Below are positions 38,948 through 49,557 of a stretch of DNA of 64,000 nt, one piece after another. The DNA comes from Antedon mediterranea (Eukaryota > Animalia > Echinodermata), in NCBI RefSeq assembly GCF_964355755.1, contig NC_092674.1, forward strand, positions 25,420,001 through 25,484,000, in the 5' to 3' direction. Under the pieces are notes generated by a model. The model was not told the origin of the DNA and ran no database searches. It was given only the letters and a program-made list of their open reading frames with translations. Both the position numbers and the translations under genes were made by a program. The first letter of the stretch is position 1. Each line of letters opens with the position of its first letter.

Positions 38948-40383
38948 TGTAGAAAATTGGAAAATTCACCTGAAATAACTTCTTTGCCTTTATAGTTTGA
39001 AGTGAAAAAAAATGCAATCGGATCTATTTTAAATACTCTTTAAAATAAAGGGAAATTCCCCAAAATGTTTTCGTTCAAATGCTGTGTATTTATGCATTTC
39101 TTGATGGACAAGGTATTATTATTGAATAGTGTACATATTTGTCTCCAGAAGAAAAAAGGAAATTGTTTATTATAACCTATATAATTATTTGAGTTGTGAA
39201 AAATGTTAAACCCGGAAGGCGCATTCCTTTTCAAACAAAAAAGCTTTTAAAAAACAGGTGAGTATATTAATACCTCTGAGATAGGTATTCATTTAAACCA
39301 ATCAAGTCGCCGTGGTTTCTATAAACGGGGAATTTCGGAAAATCTAGAAAAAATCCCTTAAGTTTTTATTGTACAAAACCATCAACACACTTTATAAAAT
39401 TAATGAAAACATTCAAAAGGGTTAGGAGGGGATTAGGAGGAACAATATACCACCATTTTGTTTACAAATTATTTATATCTGTATACACTTCAGTTATGTT
39501 AACTCAACTAATCTTCTATCATAAAGTACAAGAAATGTAACTGTGTTCAATCTTGTAAAAAAAACATGTATTATTATACACAAAAGGTGGATTTCATAAA
39601 CGTCACACTACACGACCACGGTGGCACAGTTCCAAAAGACCACAATGGATGATGTGAAAATTCAAACTTTTCAAACTGGCTTGGCTCTGTCTACACCTAT
39701 CAAACTAGTTGAAAAAATGTGATTTACCCAATTATGGTAGTGATATGTAATGTAGATATGTAATAAGTGAATGTTTTAAGGTTTTTTATTTATGTATGTT
39801 TTTAATTGTATGGTACGATATCTAATTTTATTAAGATGTTTCTATTTTTATAGCAATTTTAACTAATTTTTAGTCATTTGTAATACATTTCATTTCAGTC
39901 CATGACTGTCGTTTTGTAATATATTTTTATATACCGAATAAATAAAAATAAAAAAATGTCAATAATCGGTATAATATTCGGGTATTTTCAGGGGTTTAGG
40001 ACAGGTGTTGCTCGCGCGTTAAGAGCCACAATCCTTTAACGTTATGTTTCGTTATTTTATTGTGTTTTTTTTATTTGTTAAAACATTGAAATAATTAACA
40101 GTTAATTCATATCTAAATACAATTACTTTATTATGAATATCTTTTTTAAAATACATACGGTTAATTCGATACGTAAGAAGTATATACAATTGTCCGTACT
40201 ATTCAAAATGTGATTAACCTGAACTCATCTGATTCAGTTGTTAGCCTTATGTGGTTCAGTGAGCTAAGTCTTAAGCATGCTGATGATATGTGAGGTTTCA
40301 GAGGGTTGTGACCGCGTTAGTTAGTATTGTTCTACCGTTAATTGTAATGCTTGTTTATACGATGACTTTGGACATTGAAGGAA

Positions 40384-41438
40384 TTACCAATATGTTCCTC
40401 CACCACCACCGCCTCCACCTCCGCCACCGCCTCCCCCTCCTCCACCGCCTCCTCCTCCACCGCCTCCTCCACCGCCTCCTCCTCCACCGCCTCCTCCGCC
40501 ACCGCCTCCTCCTCCACCACCGCCTCCTCCTCCACCACCGCCTCCTCCCCCACCACCACCAGAACCAGTTTTACATCGTCCACGTCTACATCTTCCACGT
40601 AATTCTATAAGCGTTTGGAGTCCTCGAAGTACTTGCGTTTCCGTGTCTTCGTACTTCTTTTCTAGCGCCTTCTCGAGTTCCCTTTCAAGTTTGAAATCCT
40701 TGATTAATAAAAATGGAAATTGAAAAAATTCAAAGGTGAAATAAATACATGTGTACACTAGTAATACCAATAATGGAGACTTTTTACCTAAATATTGATG
40801 CAGAACAAGGAAATCATCGTAAAAGTAGCGTAAGAACCAAGCTTAAGTAACTTGTTCTATGACAAGCAATCGCTCGCTCTTTATTGTGGCGTAATCTGCA
40901 GGCAGAAGTTGATCGTATAATCATATCTTTCCATAACTTATCAATGAATTTTTAAAAGGCATAACAAATAAAGATTTTGCTGCAACAATTCAAATAAGCT
41001 CTCAGAAACTGGGAAAACGACACTGCGTGGCAAGAGACTGAAAGTCGGCAGAGGGCGCGCTATTTAATATTTAATATTGAAGATACCGTTGACTCGAGAT
41101 TTGTGTGACGTCATCAATACATCGATTGTTTTATAATCATAGGAATGGCCTGTTAGAATGTACCTATACTTACTATACAAATTCAGCAAAATAACTTAGA
41201 ATCTGTGGATGTTATTTCACAAACAAACACAACAGAAGCAAAGCATCAATCGTCCAAAACATGCAATACTTAGAACTTTGCCTAAGAACAGGCAACAGAA
41301 CTAGGAAAGATTGAGAAAGTAACTTACTTCGAGTTCTCTTCGTTCGTATTCATCGTCTCTATTATCGGCTGGGTATGCCGCGGCGCACACTATCATCAAC
41401 GCCAGGCAGACCAGAGTACATTTACTCCGAGAAGCCAT
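40384..41438 (-). CDS. Secreted polyglycine prepropeptide A (~141 aa)
   Basis: Exon 41438-41328 MASRSKCTLVCLALMIVCAAAYPADNRDDEYERRELE (phase 0). Exon 40698-40384 DFKLERELEK..LIELRGRCRRGRCKTGS-G55-TYW*. Confidence 0.8.
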
Positions 41439-42078
41439 CCCAAAAAAAACAGTAACTTTATCTGTGATGAGAATTCCTCAGCAGCTCGATCACTTTGTGA
41501 TGTTTGGTGTTCGGCGCAGACGATAAATAAGTTGCGCGTCTATACCAAATCAACCAATCAACGACTCGTTCTTTACAATGACAAAATATATACCTAGATT
41601 TGAACAATTACCACTTCAACGATGTTTGTTATAAACTTACAAACTTAATTCAGTACTAAACATACAGTGATATTTACCTTCTTCGGACACTCCTTCCCGG
41701 CTATTAACATAATATTTATTTTTTTTTAAGGGTAGGCTTGGCCAATATTTATTTTCATTTACCGAATACTGAGCTGAGGTATGTTCTTTGACTTTTAAAG
41801 GTGCCCTATATTCTTTGATTTATAAATGGATAATGATGATTTTTAAAGAATGAGAGTGCATCTTCTACAAACATTTTCATTATTTAAATTGATAGCTACT
41901 CTTCCTGTTTTGTGCTTGTTGTAAATCACGACGATTATATAAGGCTACTGTCGAAAAAATGTATTTATTATTTTTTTTTTATTTTATGTCTTTAGGCAAT
42001 GTGGCCAAGGATTACCAATTGTAAATTAATCACTGTCTTATCAGATAGGTGGTAGTCCCCCTAATACAGGGCTATTTT

Positions 42079-42308
42079 GTGAACCAATTCACCGGGGTAA
42101 ACCCCTACTCTTCTAGAATAATAAACTAGGTTCTTTAAAGTGCAAACAGGTTATAACTGTGTACACTGGACCTACGGTTTATAGTCCTTATCCGAGAAGA
42201 CTTGTTTCACAACTATAACTAGTTGCGAGTCGGCCTCGAACCCTTGCCGATGTTGTTGGCTCTTTGGGTACGGTAAACGGCCCCTCCCTTAACCGCTCAG
42301 CCATTTGA
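42079..42308 (-). mobile_element. tRNA-derived Deu/Nin-like SINE, second copy
   Basis: Aligns to 31290-31503, with A box tggctgagcggttaagg and B box ggttcgaggcc. Confidence 0.75.
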
Positions 42309-42880
42309 AAATTAGTGAGATAACAAGTTTCTACAACACTTTTTTACACCACTCGTCAAACCGATTTCATGTCAATGTAGGCATACATAGGCCTACATAA
42401 ATCTTCTGCTCTGATTTTAGCATGCACTTCCATAAATATACGCATGTTATATACGGTTTCACGCAATGTAGCATAATCAGTAGACCTAGTATCTCAAAGG
42501 CAAATACATAATATCGTGTGGGTGGTTGTGTTGAAAGCACCTAAGTGAAGTAGGCCCAAAGTTCATGTTATACTGTTATCTCTTTTGTAATCAAGGTTTA
42601 CATATGTATTTGTTAGAATAAATAACGTCTCGGACAAGGTACATATGGTTAACATTTATACATTATGTGTTGTTTTATATTTCGGTTATGTAATAGAACT
42701 TGTTTGTCGACGATGAAATTTGAAGTAACAATGGTTATGAATATGAACGGTGTAGAAAATAACATTCCATATTCTAATCTATGGAAATGTGCTCTTTCTC
42801 TATAAATTGATCATTTGTCTGTGTTTTAGTTTTAACAATATCAATTTGGTCAATCGATAAGTACATCATAAAAAGTAAAT

Positions 42881-43052
42881 GCCAATTTACACAGATGAGG
42901 GGTAACGGTAATGTAAATATAGAATATGTTATTCCTTATGACCGTTTACACTCAACTCGGAGCGACCGTTCGGTTCCCCGCTCTCTCAGGATAGTTACAA
43001 ATTCTACGTGGTTTTTCCGCTTACCGTTACCGTTCCTCTGTGTAAATTGGCC
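42881..43052. mobile_element. MITE
   Basis: TIRs gccaatttacacag..ggtaacggtaa / ttaccgttacc..ctgtgtaaattggc. Confidence 0.7.
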
Positions 43053-43665
43053 AAGTCAAGTTATGATATTTTTACAATGTTTTCAGCGATTACTTAAAAA
43101 TATAAACAAAAATGTCTGTTTCAATTATGGAATTGAATTCCGATTATAAAATTTTGATAGTAAATTGATACGGCCATTTAACACATTAAAAATAGCATGC
43201 AGCTCCAAAATGTTGAGTGAGTGGACGCTAAAAGTACACTATATAGACTGATTGAGTTGACCTTTCCACCAGACGAACGGGATAGACCCCCTTGCCCCGG
43301 TTGCACTTTTGTTTCGTCGTAAGCGTAGAAATCATGAACTATTCATTATTTGTATCCGCTGGCCAGAAACAATAATCTGTCCCAAATACCTTCTTAATGC
43401 GAAAGAAAAAACTAAATTCGTGGGGAAAGCATGCACATTCAATAAGGTAGAGGAATATATTTAATCGTTTCCGCATCTACGAAAAGAAACTAAGAATACA
43501 AATCAAGACAAAATATGAGTCGAACTTGGTATTTTTTTTCCACTGTTCATTATAGGCCTACGGTACATTATAAATAATAACATTTAATAGTAATTTATTA
43601 ACTATGAATTATGTATATATTTTATTAAATAACAAAACATTTAAATCGTTCATAAGTATGGTAAA

Positions 43666-44380
43666 TTAGGCTATTTCCATTGGTTTCCATTTCTGGAGTT
43701 CATAATCTATGGAACGTCGATGATCGTGTCCTTTTTTACTTTTTCCTCCTTTGCTTTTGCCTCCTTTGCTTTTGCCTCCTTTGCTTTTGCTTCCATGGTC
43801 ATGGCTCTTTGACCCTTTGCTTTTGCTTCCATGGTCATGGCTCTTTGACCCTTTGGTTTTGCCTCCATGCGTCTTTCCTCCATGGTCATGACTCTTTCCA
43901 CCATGCTCATGGCTCTTTCCTCCATTATCATGGCTCTTTCCTCCTCCATGTTCGTGGGTTTTTCCACCATGCTCGTGACTTTTTGACCCTTTACTTTTAG
44001 ATCCTTTGCTTTCTGATCCTTTGCTCTGTGATCCCTTGCTTTTCTTGGATCCACTTCCATGACTGTGACATTCATTGCTTTTACTCTTTTTCGAACTCTT
44101 TCCTCCACTCTTTGAACCTTTGTGTTTATGACAGTCGTTGTCATCATCGTCTGAATCGGGTGGTGGTTTTGGTTTCTGAGTTGTTACTGGTTTCGGTTTC
44201 TTGGTTTGTGGTTTCGGTTTTTCTGTTACTTCGTTGCCACCATCACCGCCATTGTCACCTCCTCCGCCACCGCCTCCTCCTCCTCCTCCACCGCCGCCGC
44301 CACCACCACCTCCACCGCCACCACCGCCGCCGCCACCACCACCGCCGCCTCCACCGCCACCGCCGCCTCCACCACCGCCT

Positions 44381-44415
<35 letters not shown>

Positions 44416-47297
44416 TCCTCCGCCACCTCCACCACCACCTCCTCCTCCACCTCCTCCGCCACCTCCTCCACCACCACCTCCTCCGCCTCCTCCTCCTCCT
44501 CCTCCTCCTCCACCACCACCGCCACCTCCAAATCCACCTCCTCTTCCACGTTTTTGGTTAAGAATTGCGATCAAACGTCTCGTTGCAAAGAATTTTTCAT
44601 CTTCCTCATCGTCTTCTGATGATTTCTGTAAATCAATACATCATTTTTAAAAAAGATTTATATATGAAATCACCAAAATGTCATAAAAAAGATTTATGCG
44701 CGTACATAATACATTTTACCAGAGGTTATTTTTAAATCAAAATGTAATCAAAATCAGTGGTGCCACTGATCAATATATATATATATTACATAATGTTTAC
44801 ATGTACACATGTAATCTGGGCTCCAGACGGAGTTTTGTCTTAATATTAGTAAAAATATATATATTTTTGCACATATGGCGTTTCATACGTGTATTACTTG
44901 AGTTTCAGACAAAAATCGCGGTCGAAATAAAAACAAATAAATAAAAAAAAGACAATAAATACAGACTTGGGGCAAGTCTAGTACTAATGTTTATTGATAG
45001 GGATGAGTGAAGATACCTTCATAACATCATAAATGTGTAACATTACATAATTGCCAAATTATGTTTATAGATATTGCATAGATTGTAAGCTATCTCAGTT
45101 TGGATTGTACATTATTATTTTATATATTTTTATTGATTTATTATAGTGATGCATATTCCAGCAAGTTCTTCGGGTATGCGGGTCGTTTGGACTTTATGTC
45201 GGACTACCTGAAACAGTGCGCAGATGTTAGCGCTTCTGCGTATTGTGATGGGACATCCTAAACGTATTGATTAAAATATATTTTAGCAGATGGTGTAATA
45301 GTACAATAAGTCGACGCACATACTTGATTTGAAGAAAAAAAGTGGTTAGCCCTAGCTGGCCCGTACCCGAACTCTCAAAGCAAGCGATCTCAAAACTGTG
45401 ACACCTGACGATAGTATCCATAGCAGCGAAATGTAAACGTATAGGAGTTGATTGCACAAATTTATTAAGATAATTTCGAAGATCAGATCGGTCGGTGATA
45501 TGATAAAAGGCCTACTTTCGCCCACATATTATATTTGCAAACATTGGTATTGACAAGACGGTAAGTCAATTCAAGATAACCAACGTGACTTTTGAGCGTG
45601 GGCTAATAGTACTTGTATATTATTTGTTTAACGTCGAACTTTTGTGTTCCGGACAATCGGGTGTTACGAGAGACCCGAGACATGTTACTACGTTTCTGCT
45701 TCTGTTAAGCTATGTCTACACTATCAAACTAATTTAACACAAAAAAAATGTATGATGTGCCCAAATATTGGTAGTGATACATCGTGTTCATATTATGGGC
45801 ACATCACATTTTTCGTCACATACTAGACAGAGCTAACTAATATTTCTCAATAATCCGTAAGATTAGTAAGACAATAATATTCATAGATTAAATTTATGTA
45901 TTTCACTTTTTGACAAGAATATCACAAGTTTCAAATGGTATGTACCGTAAAAAAAATAATTCGATTTTGATGCATAAATGGTTTAAATAGGCGTGTTATT
46001 TAAGCATTGTTCCATTAATTATGTTTCAACGTATCTACTCTTAAGGCCCATTAAAAACTGCTACACCAGGACAGAAACGATCGACGTTAATTAGATAAAC
46101 ATTTTACATTTACATACATTTATACATTTTTCTTACAAAAAACAAAAACAAATATAAAAGTGTTCATTCAAGAACTATTGGTTAACCATTTAATGATTGA
46201 TATAAGTTTGCGGTACACCGCGTATGTTAGTTCTGAAAAGAAAGGTTGAGTTTCTCTTTTTTGAAAAACTCAACAGTTCTTTTCAGAACTAATATACGTA
46301 ATGTACCGCAAACTTTATATTAACATTTGATTTCGCCATGCAAACATTCAAACAAAACAGTTAATGATTAATAAGTGAAATTACGATTTTATTGGTCATG
46401 ACGTCATTTGATTGGATATTTTGTTAAATATTATTGTATCAAAGACAGTATAAATAATGGTTATTCTGTAGTTCTAGAATGGAGACTTTTCTAATTTATT
46501 TGTTTATGTAGGACGATGTATGTTTATCTTTGTATCGTCGATCGCTATCGCCATAGTGTATAGCAGCCTTTAACAACAAAATAGTGCAAGGCATGAAGAA
46601 TATTCATGTGAGGTATCGTATCAATCGTCTCAATACAGTGATACACGAGGCATTATTTAAGTATTTTCCAAAAGTCAAAATGTAGTAGGCAAATTTATGC
46701 GGAAAACAACTTAATGAAATGCAGAATATATTATTTTATATTTGCTTAGTAGTCACATTCTTAACCTTTCCCATGATCATTTAGTAGGCCTGGCATAGTT
46801 TTCTTTTTTAACCATCTCATGATTTTCTAAACGACTTGTTTTGTATCAACACTTTTCACTTAATTAGTTATAATTATTATTATTACTATTATTGTAATTA
46901 CTAATATTCAAAATATCCACACTATATAAAATATCATAAATTATTAATAACAGTAAACATTCTAGAAGTAACGCGCGATTTACTCGAATTTTGCCCTAAC
47001 GTAAATGTATATTATATAAATGTCTCGTACTGCTCTAAAACGATGCCTCACACTCTGTCACTAGTTATGCCTCGAACGTTTTTGGATACCTGACATACAT
47101 TTTCTTGGTGACTCACTTCCTTTGCATCGCTCTTTCTCTCTTACTCTTACCTTATTGTTTAGTTGTACTTCACCGCCATGGAAACTATCGTCGAATTCTT
47201 CAATTTGGACTTTATTGTTAGACACGGGCGCAGCGGTGCAAATATTAAACACCACTACTACCATTGAAAAACCAATGGCCACACACAGGCTCTTCAT
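43666..47297 (-). CDS. Secreted polyglycine / His-Lys-Ser-rich prepropeptide B (~368 aa)
   Basis: Exon 47297-47151 (signal MKSLCVAIGFSMVVVVFNICTAAP + acidic pro region, phase 0). Exon 44625-43666 KSSEDDEEDE..LNQKR-GRGGGF-G91-..KPKP..GGKSHDH repeats..RR-SIDYELQKWKPMEIA*. Confidence 0.8.
46196..46325. repeat. Palindromic (hairpin) element, probable MITE
   Basis: agtttgcggtaca..ttagttctgaaaagaa / ttcttttcagaactaa..tgtaccgcaaact. Confidence 0.65.
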
Positions 47298-47732
47298 TTT
47301 AGTCTAAGAGTGCTCTCAAAACTGTATCGTAAGCCAGGATTCTTTTTAGCTGCACTTCTTTCCAATTCCAAATGATACTTAATCTATAAACTCTTGATTA
47401 TTATAAAGCTCTGCACCCACGTCTCTAGGTCTGAAGTTTAATTTGATAACTATATTTTGTTCTATTGGTCTGTAAAGATGAACTTGTGGGTTGTAAGTAA
47501 GCAAATTTATCTTTGTTTGTTTTGAGCCATGTGATGTTTGGTTTTAGATAATTACCTAGGTTTTGTGAATAACATTAAAGCCCAATAGTCCGTATTCATG
47601 TCGTGTTTTGTTATATATCCACCACTGAAAAAAATAAACTCAAACATTCATTCAGTTTTCGAAGATTTTATTTGAATTTCAATTACTCTTTCTTTATTTT
47701 AATGTACTGTAAGTCTATGTTCTATACTATGT

Positions 47733-48732
47733 TTAGTTAGGATAATCCATTGGTTCCCATTTCTTCAACACAAAGTCCAAGAATTCGTCCAATCCTCTTT
47801 TACTACTCCCGCCACCATGGTTATGCCCATGTTTGCCACCACTTCCACTTCTACTTCCGCTTCTACTTCCACTTCTACTACCACTGCTTCCAGGAAGTAC
47901 CCATGTTGGTGGTCTTGCTGGCGGTCTTGGAGGTGGTCTTGCTGGTGGTCTTGGAGGTGGTCTTGCTGGCGGTCTTGGAAGTGGTCTTGCCGGTGGTCTA
48001 GATGGAGGTCTAGATGGGGGCCTAGATGGAGGTCTTCCACCACCTCCTCCACCACCACCTCCTCCGCCGCCGCCGCCTCCTCCTCCACCACCACCTCCTC
48101 CTCCACCACCTCCTCCTCCTCCTCCACCACCTCCTCCTCCACCACCACCACCTCCTCCTCCTCCTCCTCCTCCTCCTCCTCCACCACCACCTCCTCCACC
48201 ACCACCTCCGTATCCAACGTACTGCTGCCAATAGTTTTTCTCATCGAGTTCTTGCAACAATCGTAAATATTCTTCTACTTCATCTTCTTGCTGAATTAAA
48301 AAAGGAAAGGCTTTATTTACTTTAGCTAAGCAAAAGTTGGTACATCAAGATGCTTTTATCAGAATTGTTAATAAAACAATTGAATAGTAATCAAAAATGT
48401 ACTGTAGGTGTATCAAGGTTGTGTACGGTATTCTAATAATAATAAAACTATGAATTATTTGGCACACCATAGACTAAATATCTCGTTTCACAACTTCGAG
48501 GCACTAAATGTTAACAAATCATGGAAGTTTTCAGTTCATGATATACAAATTATCGTAGAAAGCAATTAAAAAAACATACCTGAATGTCTAGGGCTCTGTT
48601 GTTGTCACCATTTTCGTAATCTTTATATTCTCGAGCCACGGCGGCGTATTCATCATCATCATACTGCGGTGGCGCGGCAATGGCAAAGCAAATGAAGCTC
48701 CACAGAGCTAGGCTCTGAAGAAACCTTACCAT
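47733..48732 (-). CDS. Secreted polyglycine / Arg-Pro-rich prepropeptide C (~236 aa)
   Basis: Exon 48732-48580 (MVRFLQSLALWSFICFAIAAPPQYDDDE.., phase 0). Exon 48290-47733 QEDEVEEYLRLLQELDEKNYWQQYVGY-G58-(RPxx)11-WVLP-GS-rich-KR-GLDEFLDFVLKKWEPMDYPN*. Confidence 0.82.
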
Positions 48733-49557
48733 TGTTCGGTCTGATCGAATCTTCTTCTGGAAGTAATGAAACGTTCACTTGGCTACTTAAGAAGATGATT
48801 AAGTACAAAAATTTCTGTTGACTTTTAAAAGGAGTGTAAATTAACCGATACAAAGAATTCAGACAAGGTGTATGCGCAATATGCATTGTTGTGAGAGGAG
48901 TGTACTTTGTACAAATTAAACAAAGATGTTTGTCATTTGAATTATAAGAAGCACATATAACCTACTTTATTCACTTTGTGCCTGATTCTGCAGCTGTCGC
49001 TAGATTCATATTTACTGACAATCGCAAGTCAGTTAGATACAAGTCTATGTGTATTACATTTTTCTGTCGAATGCAGCTCAGTACTTGCATTCGTGTCAAA
49101 CAAACATAAACAACGGATAGCATTTATCACAGTATGTGGTGCCTATCTATACAAACAAACACTGTCACCCTGTTAGGATTTGATTCTGGAATCTCCTGCT
49201 TCGTAGTCATTGGGTCATAATGATTTCAAATTCAATATTCAGATGCAATTTTATTATTTAAATTTGTTTTAATATTTACATTTTGTTGACATAAAGAAAT
49301 GATATTGTTTTAGATAAAATGTGTATTTTACATAACGATTGACATCATAAAATTCATTCAGTTTATATTATGGAGAGAACATCACATAAAACTATATATT
49401 CCCTTTTTTCATGCGTAATGAACACCCTTTCTGCATATGTGTAGTGTTGTTAGTCCTTTTTAGGCCGCTGGTCCATAGATTTTTCTAGGTTGTTTTGTTG
49501 TAGTCTATGTTTTCAAATGTATACAGTAGTGTACAATACAATCAACATTGTCAATAT

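Noticed and set aside
44201-48325. Poly-Pro, poly-His/Leu, Ser/Thr, Glu/Val and Arg/Trp ORFs over the GC-rich tracts (also 40290-40610)
   Set aside because: These are alternative frames of GGN runs. Only the Gly frame joins signal-peptide exons through canonical splice sites in all three genes.
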